IMG/VR virus record: IMGVR_UViG_3300048592_000418
Span: 38,005-102,004 of that record
Direction: 5' to 3' (one strand)
DNA length: 64,000 nt
Source: a virus
Below, piece by piece: positions 50,537-60,600 of the stretch. The notes under the pieces were generated by a model that did not search any database, had not been told where the DNA came from, and was given only the letters and a program-made list of their open reading frames with translations. A program made the position numbers and the translations under genes. The first letter of the stretch is position 1, and each line of letters begins with the position of its first letter.

Positions 50537-51303
50537 ATGGATCTTCGAGCAATTGAAAAACGCGAGGAACGCGAACGCGAAGGCGTTTGGATCCCGCTGC
50601 ACAGTGGCGTTTCCGATGACAAAGCCGAAGTGCTCGTGATCGGGCTGGATTCCCCGAAATACACGCAGACGCTTTACACGCGCATGATGCCGCTGCGGGC
50701 GAAATACGGGAAAGACGAACTTCCCGAATCGGAAATGAACACGCTGATTTCCGACGTGACCGTTGACATCGTGCTTTTGAATTGGCGCGGGATCGAACTG
50801 GACGGAAAGCCGCTCGAATTCTCGAAGGAAATCGCGCGCGAATGGATGCGGAAGAGCGATCACTTCCGGGACATGGTTTCATCCGCGGCGATCCGCGCGT
50901 CGCGCATGCTGAAGGAAGAGTTCGAGAAGGACGTTGCCGCGCTAAAAAAAGTCTCCGCGCCAGTCTCGACGCAACCGAGCATTCCGGCGAAGTAAATTGG
51001 CTTGCCGAGCTGGCGCGGGAACAGGGCAAGGATCCCGCCGAATTTCCCATGGTCCGGAAGGCGATGGCCGCAGCGGGCGAGCTGTCCGTTCCGGCGCATT
51101 TGCTTCCCGTGTGGGACGCGTTCGATCTGCTGTGCCGCGGCCGAATGCTCGGATTCACTTCGATTCAGCGCATTCCAATTTCCGAAATCGAAGCGTGTCG
51201 GCGAATGCTCGACATCACCGGCGGTCTGCGTTTCTGTCGGCTTGTTCAGGCGATGGACGACGTTTACATTTCGGCGTTCATCGAAAGCCGGCCGAAACGT
51301 TGA
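50537..51303 (+). CDS. Tail assembly chaperone G (50537-50995) and -1 frameshift product GT (to 51303)
   Basis: A AAA AAA at 50944-50950; overlapping -1 ORF; upstream of TMP. Confidence 0.82.
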
Positions 51304-51306
51304 CGC

Positions 51307-54300
51307 ATGGATCTCGCAGTTCTCGGAGTTAAAATTGACCCGACGGCAGCAAAGGCCGGCGGGAGGCAAGCTGAAGACGCCTTCGAGCGAATGAAGGCGA
51401 AGGCGAAGTCATCGCTCGACACGATTGACCGGCACGTCAACGCGCTGCGTTCGACGATGTTCAACGTTCAGAACGCCGTGATTGCACTCGGCGCGACGTT
51501 TGCGGCGACGCAGGGGATCCGAGTGTTCGCCGGCTTCGAGCGCGAAATGTCTAACGTCAAAGCGCTGACGAATGCGACAGAGCAGGAAATGGCTGAACTT
51601 ACGATGGCCGCGCGGGAACTCGGCGCGACTACTGAGTTCACCGCGCGGCAAGCTGGCGAGGCGATGCGATACCTCGGACAAGCCGGATTCAGCACGAATC
51701 AAATTCTCGCGGCGACGCCGGCGGCGCTGGATCTGGCGATGGCCGCGAGCATTGATCTCGGGCGCGCGGCCGGAGTCACGGCAAACATCATGGCCGCGTT
51801 CGGAAAGGACGCGAGCAAGACGCGCGAAATCGTTGACGTTCTCGCCGTCGCAGCTTCGTCGTCACAGACGGACATTCAGCAGCTCGCCGACGCGATGAAA
51901 TACGCGGGTCCGGTGGCAAGTTCGCTCGGCATTTCGATCAACGATGCAGCCGCGGCAATGGGCGTTCTGTCGAACAACGGTCTGCAAGGCAGCATGGCCG
52001 GCACAGGACTGCGGCGCGTGCTGTCCGAGCTTGCGGATCCGTCGCGCGAAGCGGAGATCGCGATTCAGTCACTCGGATTGACGCTGCAAGATCTGAACCC
52101 GCAGACGAACAGCGTGCTCGAAATTATTTCGCGTCTCGCGCTCGCCGGACTGGACGCCGGGAAGGCGTTCACGATTTTCGGGGACCGCGGCGCGCCGGCG
52201 ATTCTGGCGCTGACGCGCAGCGTTCCGAAGCTCGCGGAATTGACGGCGAAGATGCAGGACACGACGGGCGCCGCGAAGCGAATGTCAGACACGATGCACG
52301 ACAATCTGATCGGCGACTTCCGAACGTTGATCTCCGTCGTTGAAGAAGTCGCAATCCGGTTTGGGACAAACGGACTCGGCGGATCGCTTCGTTCCATCGT
52401 TCAGGAAACGACGGCCGTGATTCAGGCGTTCGCCGGCATGTCCGATCCGCTGGACGAAGCGAATCGCGGCGCCTACGAAATGGTTGAAAACCTGAAGTTG
52501 CTCGGCGCAGTCGCGGCCGGCTTCGTCGCTGCGAAGCTCGCGTTTCACCTGATCAGCATCGGAACCGCGGCCGTTCAGGCGGCAATCGCGATGCGTTCGC
52601 TGAACCTGATCATCGCCGCGAATCCCATCGGGATCATTGCGACCGGAATCGGACTGGCGACGGCCGCGCTGATCGCGCATTCGACGCAGACGACGGAAGC
52701 CGAGCGGAAGCAAAAGGCATACAACGAGACGCTGGAAAAACACCGCAAGCTGATGGACGACGGCGCCGAAGCCGGCGAAGCCGCGCTGAAGCGTTCGATG
52801 ATGGATCTTCGGCAGCGCGGCATTCAGGCGCATCTCGAAATTCAATCGCTCGAAGAAAAGATCGGAATTCAGAAGAAGCTCGCCGCGGTGGAAAAAGAGC
52901 GCGTTGACGCCGAGTCCATCGCTGACGAGCGGAATCGGCGCGTTCACCGCCGGCCGGAGCGGGACAAACTTTCCGCGCTCGAAAGCGAACTCGCCGCGAC
53001 GAAAAAGGCTTACGCCGAGATCGTGAAAGCGCGTGAGCAAGCAGGGGCGCAGCTCGAAGATCTTCAGATGGAACAACTGGCGCGCGAAGCCGGGATCAGC
53101 GAGAAGATCGAAGCTGAATATCAGTCGTTGCGGCAGAAAACAATTGAGCGCTGGCAGGGTCAGCCGGAGAAATTACAGCGTGCTCTCGACGCGCTGGATG
53201 CGCGGTTCAAGCGGATCAAGGAAAACGCGCCAATTGATAACGAAGGGCTGTCCAAGCTGGAGGAGTTCGTTCGCACCTTGGACATTGGCAGCTCGAAGGC
53301 GCAAAACCTCTCGCTCTTCACTGGGAATCTCGAACAGGCGATAAAAAAACTTGGGCTGTCGCAGGAAGAAGCGAACGAGGCGCTGATCATGGCGCGTTAC
53401 AGTCTCACGGCTACGCCGATCCAGCGCTACGCGGACGGGCTGGACGTTGCCAGTTCCCACACTCGCTTACTCACACGCGAAACCGAGCTGATGGATCTCG
53501 CGCTGAAGAAAAATCTGATCACGCAAGAGGAATACAACGAAGTTCTGAACGAGCTGAAACGCGCATTGTCGCGCGGCGGGCCGCTTCAGCAATACGTTGA
53601 CAGTCTCGACATCGCCGAGTCGCGCGTGAAGGCAATCCGGATCGAACAGCAGAAATTGAACGAGGCGCTGAAGTCTGGCGTCATCAGCATCTCCGGATAC
53701 GATGAAGCGATGCGAGCGCTGAACGACGCGCTGCGAACCTCGCAGTCGCTTATGATGCGCACGAACGATTCGCTGATTCAGGACATCGCGAACGAGCGCG
53801 TGCTGTCCGACGAAAAGGGGCGGATCCGTGACGAGCTGAACCGCCGGATCGAACGCGGTGACGTGACGCAGACGGAGGCGTTCAAAGCCGGCGTTGCCGA
53901 TCAGATCGCGACATGGGGCAACGCGCAGCAAAGAATGATGGAACTCGGCCGCGGAACCGCGCAGGCGTTGGAAAACGACTTCGGAACGTTCTTCGATGCA
54001 CTGATCGATGACATCGGCAGCGCTGGCGACGCGTTCAAAAACCTTGTCTCGTCCATCCTGAAGGACATGGCGCGGCTGATCGCGCAGGAACAGCTAACGA
54101 AGCCGCTTCTTTCCGCGCTGTTCGCCGGATTCGGCGGCATCGGCGGGAAAAGTCCGATCCCGGCGAGCGCAGGTTTCGGCGATGGCGTCAGCGCTGGCGC
54201 GTCTGTCGGACTGGCGCACACGGGCGGAGTGATCGGCCGCGATGCGCTCGCGGCGCGAAACGTCAGCATGGACATTTTCCGCGGCGCTCCGCGCTTCCAT

Positions 54301-54588
54301 GGCGGCGGCATCGCCGGCGACGAAGTTCCGATCATCGCGAAGCGCGGCGAAGGCGTGTTCACGCCGGAGCAAATGAAGGCGCTCGGCTCCGCCGGCGGCA
54401 ATCAGATCAGCGTTCAGAACACGATCATCGTGAATCGCGACGGGACGACGAAGCAGAAGAGCACGGCAACGGGGATGGAGGATCCCGCGATGGCTCGGAA
54501 GCTCGCCGAATTCATTGACAATCGCACGCGTCAGACGGTGATCGCCATGGCGGCGCCGGGCGGGCCGCTTTATCAATCACGCGTTTAA
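51307..54588 (+). CDS. Tape measure protein (TP901-type core)
   Basis: ARELGATTEFTA, MKYAGPVA, GSMAGTGLR; C-terminal RFHGGG...EVPII..RGE.V. Confidence 0.95.
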   Translation: MDLAVLGVKIDPTAAKAGGRQAEDAFERMKAKAKSSLDTIDRHVNALRSTMFNVQNAVIALGATFAATQGIRVFAGFEREMSNVKALTNATEQEMAELTMAARELGATTEFTARQAGEAMRYLGQAGFSTNQILAATPAALDLAMAASIDLGRAAGVTANIMAAFGKDASKTREIVDVLAVAASSSQTDIQQLADAMKYAGPVASSLGISINDAAAAMGVLSNNGLQGSMAGTGLRRVLSELADPSREAEIAIQSLGLTLQDLNPQTNSVLEIISRLALAGLDAGKAFTIFGDRGAPAILALTRSVPKLAELTAKMQDTTGAAKRMSDTMHDNLIGDFRTLISVVEEVAIRFGTNGLGGSLRSIVQETTAVIQAFAGMSDPLDEANRGAYEMVENLKLLGAVAAGFVAAKLAFHLISIGTAAVQAAIAMRSLNLIIAANPIGIIATGIGLATAALIAHSTQTTEAERKQKAYNETLEKHRKLMDDGAEAGEAALKRSMMDLRQRGIQAHLEIQSLEEKIGIQKKLAAVEKERVDAESIADERNRRVHRRPERDKLSALESELAATKKAYAEIVKAREQAGAQLEDLQMEQLAREAGISEKIEAEYQSLRQKTIERWQGQPEKLQRALDALDARFKRIKENAPIDNEGLSKLEEFVRTLDIGSSKAQNLSLFTGNLEQAIKKLGLSQEEANEALIMARYSLTATPIQRYADGLDVASSHTRLLTRETELMDLALKKNLITQEEYNEVLNELKRALSRGGPLQQYVDSLDIAESRVKAIRIEQQKLNEALKSGVISISGYDEAMRALNDALRTSQSLMMRTNDSLIQDIANERVLSDEKGRIRDELNRRIERGDVTQTEAFKAGVADQIATWGNAQQRMMELGRGTAQALENDFGTFFDALIDDIGSAGDAFKNLVSSILKDMARLIAQEQLTKPLLSALFAGFGGIGGKSPIPASAGFGDGVSAGASVGLAHTGGVIGRDALAARNVSMDIFRGAPRFHGGGIAGDEVPIIAKRGEGVFTPEQMKALGSAGGNQISVQNTIIVNRDGTTKQKSTATGMEDPAMARKLAEFIDNRTRQTVIAMAAPGGPLYQSRV

Positions 54589-54591
54589 CCC

Positions 54592-54942
54592 ATGGCCGCA
54601 GACGAATTCACTTGGACGCCTTCAAACAGTTCCCGCGTGACGCGCGAACCGCGCGTGGTGGGCGTGCAATACGGCGACGGCTACGCGCAGGAATCGCCGG
54701 ACGGGATCAACAACAACCCGCTCGTTTTGGATCTCGTGTTCCGGAACGTGAATCAGACGGACATTGCGGGGCCGATTGACACGTTCCTGTCATCGAAAAA
54801 GGGCAGCATTTCGTTTTTGTGGACACCGCCGGCGCCGTTCGCCACCCAGCGACGTTTCAAGTGCAAGGCGTGGGATTTCGTTTGGGAAGGCGGCGTGATC
54901 ATGGGAGTCACCGCAAGGTTCGCGGAAGCGTTCCAGTTGTGA
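54592..54942 (+). CDS. Lambda gpM-like minor tail protein
   Basis: FTWTP, YGDGYAQ..PDGIN, SFLWTPP. Confidence 0.9.
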   Translation: MAADEFTWTPSNSSRVTREPRVVGVQYGDGYAQESPDGINNNPLVLDLVFRNVNQTDIAGPIDTFLSSKKGSISFLWTPPAPFATQRRFKCKAWDFVWEGGVIMGVTARFAEAFQL

Positions 54943-55532
54943 TCCGCGCAGCGTTCATGCTCGCGGCCGTGACGATGGCGCCGACGGCCGCGGCGCTGGA
55001 CGTGGAACGGACGATTGACGCGATCCGCGTTGTGGAAAACTCGTCCGTCGGCCGCATCGGCGACGCCGGCGAGCGCAGTCCGTGGCAGTTCATGCCGGGC
55101 ACATGGCGCCAGTTCTCGAAGAAGCCGTTCGCGTGGGCATCGCTCCGCGGCGAACCCTACGAAACCGAACAGCGGCGCGTTGCGCGCGCGCATGCGAGCT
55201 GGATTCTCGAACGATTGCCGCGGCTGCGGCTCCCGCAGACGGCGCGATCCGTCGGACTCGTCTGGAACGCAGGTTACGGCGCCGTGCGAGCCGGCCGCAT
55301 CGCGGCACGGCATCGGGATTACGCGCAGCGGGTTCAGAACGTCTATGATTCCGGCGCCGGGTTGACACTCCATTCCCGCGGGTTCAGATCGTTCACACGA
55401 TGGGAATACGCGCCGACATTCAGCTTTTGGAGGTGGACGCCGAAGTCTCGCTGTTCACCTTGGACGCGACGATCAAGGGCGGCGACGTTTTTCGCTGGCA
55501 CAACGAACAGGCGCTTAACGGCTCGAATCTGA
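54939..55532 (+). CDS. Signal-peptide lysozyme-like/lytic transglycosylase protein
   Basis: Signal-like N-terminus; AIRVVE, WQFMPGTW, WNAG, YAQRVQN. Confidence 0.65.
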   Translation: MIRAAFMLAAVTMAPTAAALDVERTIDAIRVVENSSVGRIGDAGERSPWQFMPGTWRQFSKKPFAWASLRGEPYETEQRRVARAHASWILERLPRLRLPQTARSVGLVWNAGYGAVRAGRIAARHRDYAQRVQNVYDSGAGLTLHSRGFRSFTRWEYAPTFSFWRWTPKSRCSPWTRRSRAATFFAGTTNRRLTARI

Positions 55533-56242
55533 CGGGGGAACTCGTCTGGCAGGGCGTCACGTATCAGCCGCGGCCGATCACCGTTGAAGGGCTGGAAATC
55601 AAAAGCACGGGCGAAAAGAACCGCCCGAAGCTGAAGATCTCGAACATTGAAGCGCTCGTCACGGGGCTGATCATTGATTACGATGACATGATCGGCGTGA
55701 AGGTGACGCGGAAGCGCACGCTCGCGAAGTATCTGGACGGCGAGCCGGGCGCGGATCCCGCGGAGCGGTTCGCGGATGACGTTTACTTCATCGTTCAGAA
55801 GGAAAGCGAATCGCGGATCGAAGTCGTGTTCGTGCTCGGCGACCCCAGCGATCTTCCCGGCAAGACAGTTCCCGGCCGCAAGGTCAGCGCGAACTTTTGC
55901 ATCGCGGAATATCGCGGGGAAGTGTGCCAATGGGCCGGCGGACCCGTCGCCGAGCTGAACGACGTTCCGATTGTCGGGCCGTTCGTTGATCGCGGCGCCT
56001 ATGACGAAAACGCGTCTTACGGCGCCGGCGATCAGGTGTTCGTCATCGATCCGATTGGCGTCCCGCACGTCTTCGTTGCGCGCGGCGGACTGGGGACATT
56101 CTCCGGCATTCATCCGAGCAATGGGGCTTACTGGATGGCGGATCGTTGCTCGAAGAAACTCAGCCGGTGCAAGCTAACGTTCGGCGAAGCGGAAGCGCTC
56201 CCGTTCGACGCGTTCGTTGCCGCGGCGCGGCTCCCGCAATGA
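55400..56242 (+). CDS. Lambda gpL-like minor tail protein
   Basis: VWQG..Y.P.PI, RKRTLAKYLD, C..EYRG..C, D.CSK.LS.C...FG. Confidence 0.92.
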   Translation: MGIRADIQLLEVDAEVSLFTLDATIKGGDVFRWHNEQALNGSNLTGELVWQGVTYQPRPITVEGLEIKSTGEKNRPKLKISNIEALVTGLIIDYDDMIGVKVTRKRTLAKYLDGEPGADPAERFADDVYFIVQKESESRIEVVFVLGDPSDLPGKTVPGRKVSANFCIAEYRGEVCQWAGGPVAELNDVPIVGPFVDRGAYDENASYGAGDQVFVIDPIGVPHVFVARGGLGTFSGIHPSNGAYWMADRCSKKLSRCKLTFGEAEALPFDAFVAAARLPQ

Positions 56243-56985
56243 CGCTGACGCCTGAGATCACGGCCGCGATTGCGGCGCACGCGGCCGAAGCGGCGCCGGC
56301 GGAATGCTGCGGCTTCGTCATCGCGACGAACCTGAAGCGGCTCGAAGTCATGCGCGCGCGGAACGTCGCGGCGAAGCCGCTCGTGAACTGGCGCATTCAC
56401 GTTGACGATCAGCAAGCCGCGGAGGAAGCCGGCGAAATCATCGCCGTTTATCATTCGCACGTGAACGCGCGCGCGATTGCCTCGGAAGCGGACAAAGTTT
56501 CGTGCGAGGCGAGCGGATACAAGTTCCTGATCTACTCGCATCCGCTCGGCGAGCTGACGGAAATTGTCCCGTGCGGATACCGGGCGCCGCTGATCGGCCG
56601 CGAGTTCGTTCACGGCGTCACGGACTGTTACGCGGCGATCCGTGACGACTACTTCGAGAACGACGGGATCGAACTCCCGGACTTTCATCGCGAAGATCGA
56701 TGGTGGGAGGATCCGAACGGGCCGGATCTTTACATGGAACACGTGAAGAACCCGGCGAACGGCTTCACGATCATCGGCACGGACTGGCGCAAGGCACGGC
56801 CGCGCGACTTGCTGCTGATGCGGCTTTTCTCGAAACACGGCCGCGTCAACCACTCCGCGATCCTACTCGACGGAATGCGCATCTTCCACCACGTTCCGAA
56901 TCGCCTTTCCGGCCGCGAGACGTTTTCGCAGTTCTGGCAGCAGTGCGTTGCATACGTGGCGCGGCATCAGAAGTTCAACCCATGA
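56239..56985 (+). CDS. Lambda gpK-like JAB + NlpC/P60 tail tip protein
   Basis: ECCG, HSH, S.AD, GVTDCY, NH. Confidence 0.92.
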   Translation: MTLTPEITAAIAAHAAEAAPAECCGFVIATNLKRLEVMRARNVAAKPLVNWRIHVDDQQAAEEAGEIIAVYHSHVNARAIASEADKVSCEASGYKFLIYSHPLGELTEIVPCGYRAPLIGREFVHGVTDCYAAIRDDYFENDGIELPDFHREDRWWEDPNGPDLYMEHVKNPANGFTIIGTDWRKARPRDLLLMRLFSKHGRVNHSAILLDGMRIFHHVPNRLSGRETFSQFWQQCVAYVARHQKFNP

Positions 56986-57680
56986 TGACGACGATCAATC
57001 TCCGCGGTGAAATGGGCCGGATGTTCACGAAAAAGCTGCGGCTGGACGTGAAGTCACCGGCGGAAGCGGCGCGCGCGATGGAAGCGAACTTCCCCGGCCG
57101 CTTTTTCAAGTATTTGTTCGAGGCACAAAAGCGCGGCGTCGCGTTTCAGGTGTTTGTCGGGAAGGAATCCATCCCGGAACACGAGCTGAAGACGAAGACG
57201 GTCGGGCAGACGATCACCTTCGCGCCAGTGCTTCAGGGCGCCAAGGAAGGCGGCTTGCTGAACGTGATCATCGGCGTCGTGATCATCGCTGCGGCAACGA
57301 TCATCTCGCAAGGCACGCTGACGGGCGCCGCGATCTCCGCGACATTCTCCGGCGGCGGCGTCGCAGCGTTCGCCGCAAACTTCGGCTTGGCGATGGCGCT
57401 CGGCGGCGTGGCAACGATGATCGCCGGCAAGCCAAAGGCCGCGACACCGAACGAGCGGCCGGAGAATCAGCCGAGTTACATTTTCGACGGGCCGAAGAAC
57501 CGGACGCGTCAGGGCAACGTTTATCCGCTCGTTTACGGTCACATGATGGTCGGATCGCAGCGCGTCAGCGCGAGCGTGCGGAATGAAGATTACGTTCCGG
57601 GCGGCGGCGATGGCAGCGGCGGCGATGGCGAATTTGATCCAAACCTCGGCGATGGATATGGCGGCTACGCTTCAAGCTAA
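56982..57680 (+). CDS. Lambda gpI-like tail assembly protein
   Basis: L.G.MG..F, SPAEA.RA, SY.FDG..N...QG...PL.YG...VGS. Confidence 0.92.
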   Translation: MMTTINLRGEMGRMFTKKLRLDVKSPAEAARAMEANFPGRFFKYLFEAQKRGVAFQVFVGKESIPEHELKTKTVGQTITFAPVLQGAKEGGLLNVIIGVVIIAAATIISQGTLTGAAISATFSGGGVAAFAANFGLAMALGGVATMIAGKPKAATPNERPENQPSYIFDGPKNRTRQGNVYPLVYGHMMVGSQRVSASVRNEDYVPGGGDGSGGDGEFDPNLGDGYGGYASS

Positions 57681-60600
57681 CCTTCGGAAATACCGCGCAC
57701 CGGCACGCTTTCGCACGCCGCGCGGAGATTTCTTCAATCTCGCCGGCGCCGGCGGCGGCAAGGGCGGCGGCGGGAGCACGCGCGCACCGCACGAAGCTCC
57801 GGACAGCGTGCGCTCGAAGGCATACGGACGCACGAAAGAAGTTGTTTCCGAAGGTCCGATTGTGGGGCCGATTGACGCGGACGGCGTTGCGCTCGCGGCG
57901 GAGAACTACGGCAAAGCGATCTTTTTCGACGAAACGCCGCTTCAGAATGCGGACGGCAGTTTCAATTTCAAAAACGTCACGGTTCACTTCGTTCCCGGCA
58001 CGGCCGATCAGGGACACATTCCCGGATTCGATTCGGAGGAAGCGGAAATTGCCGTCGGCGTCCGCGCCATCGAAGCCGGCGACGTAGTTGTTCGCAGCGT
58101 CACGAATCAGGACATTGACGCCGTGCGCGTCACAGTGCGGATCCCGGCGCTGATTAAACAGGATTCGAGCACGGGCGACATCACGGGATATTCGGTCGCG
58201 TTCGCGATTGACGTGAATGACAACGGCGCCGGCTGGGTGGAGAAGGTGAACCGCACCGTCTCGGACAAAATCAGTCAGGCGTATTTGACGAGTCACCGGA
58301 TCGATCTCGAAGGAACCGGGCCGTGGCAAATTCGCCTTCGCCGCATTTCCGCGAAGTCCAGCACAAGCGCGATCCAGAACGAGACATGGTTTGAATCGTA
58401 TTCGGAAATCATTGACGGGAAATTCCGCCATCCGTTCACGGCGATGTTCGGGCTGGAAATCGACGCGGAACAGTTCTCGCGGATCCCGAACGTCGCGTTC
58501 CGGCTCGGCGGGCGCATCATTCGCGTCCCGACGAACTACGATCCAGTTGCGCGCACGTATTCGGGAGTTTGGGACGGCACTTTCAAACTCGCATGGTCAA
58601 ATTGTCCGCCGTGGGTTTATTACGATCTGCTGACGAGCAAGCGCTACGGGCTTGGGAAGTGGATTGACGAAGACATTGTTGACAAGTGGGCGCTGTATGC
58701 AATCGGCGTTGTCTGTGACACAATGGTTCCGAACGGCCGCGGCGGCACGGAACCGCTTTACACGTGCAATCTGTGCGTCGAACAGGAAGTTGACGCTTAC
58801 CGCGCGCTGTATGATCTCGCGAGCGTCTTTCACGGGCTGGCGATTTGGGCCGGCGGTCAGTTCAGCGCGCTTCAGGACGCGCCGCGCGATGCCGTCGCGA
58901 TCTTCGGCAACGCGAACGTTGAAGGCGGGCTGTTTGAATACACCGGCACTTCAAAGGAAGCGCGGCATACCGTCTGCAATGTTTGGTGGAACAATCCCGC
59001 GAACTTCTATCGCCGGGAACCGCTATACGTTCCCGACGAAAAGGGGATTTTCGATTACGGGATCAATCCGACGGATCTGACCGCGTTCGGATGCACGAGC
59101 GAAGGACAGGCAGTCCGCCGCGGCCGTCATTTGTTGCTGTCCGAACAGCTCGCGAAGTCGGCTGTGACGTTCATCACCGGACAGGAAGGCGCATTTTTGC
59201 GGCCGAATCAGGTGTTCAAAGTGATGGACGCGGACAAGGCCGGGAAGCCGTTCTTCGGCCGGCTGAAGGCCGTCAATTCTACTTCCTCGCTTCAGCTTGA
59301 TCGCAGCGTCGTCATCGAAGCCGGCAAGACTTACAAGCTGACATGCGTGAAGCCGGACGGGACGCCGATGCAGTCGGACGTTTCCAATGCGCCGGGAACG
59401 ACGGACACGCTGACGCTTTCCGTCGCGTTTCCGACGGCGCCGCTCGTGTCCGGCGTTTGGCTACTGCAATCGAATTCACTCGTCCCGCAGGAATTCGAGT
59501 GCATCGGATGGAAGCCGGAGGGGAAGGGGAAATATCGGATCGCCGGCATTGCTTACAACGTCAGCAAGTTCGACGGGATCCTGAACGGCTGGCAATTGGA
59601 CACTCCGCCCGTTTCGGAGCTTCAGCCGGCGCGGCTCGTGAAACCGCCGGGCGCCGTCACGATCACGGAGGAATCGATCAGCAACCCGATCAGCTTCCGC
59701 ACGTTCCTGAACCTGTCATGGGTTCCGAGCGAAGACGCGTATCTTCGCGGGTATCGGGTTTATTGGCGTTACGAATCGGGCAACTGGCAACCGATGCCGG
59801 AAGTCAGCGCGCCGAATCAGCGGCTCGAAACAATCGGACTTGGCGTCTATGATTTCAAAGTCGTTGCGGTGAATTCGCTCGGCTTCGAGTCCGGGCCGTC
59901 GTCCGCGTCGCACACCGTTGAAGCCGATTCGCCGATTGAAAACGCGCGCGTGACGGGACTCGAAATCTTCGGGAAGGGCAACGATCAGACGTTCGAGGGA
60001 CGCGATTGCAAATTCGTTTGGCGGATGAACTCCGCGCTGTGGCACGAACTCGGCGAGGAACCGAACGGCGGCGATTCGGGTTTTGCCCACCCATTGTTCC
60101 GGGACTATCTCGTCACGGTTTATGATTGGCAGACTTCGGAGATTCTTCGTCAGGAATCCGTTCAGGATCCGTCATGGACATACACCTACGAAAAGAACGC
60201 TGAAGACGCGCTGCGCTACGCACAGCAGGGCGGGAGCACGTCCGCGCGCCGCAAGTTCCGGATCACAGTTCAGATTCGGGATCGGTTCAACAATCTGAGC
60301 GTGCCGGCGTCCCTGCTGGTGGAGAACCCGGCGCCGGCGGCTCCCGTGTTCACGCTGACGCCGGATCTCGCGGCCGTCGTTGTCCGCTTCACGCCGAGCG
60401 CGGATCTGGATTTCGTCGGCTTCGTCGTTCACGCTTCGCAGACGGCCGGATTCACTGTTAGCGATGCGAACAAGGTTTATGACGGGCCGGACACGCTGAC
60501 GCGGATCAAGCTGGATCCCGGCGTCACTTGGTATTTCCGGCTCGCAGCGTATGACGCTTTCGGGAAATCGGGGCTGAACTTTTCCGTTCAGCAAAGTGCG

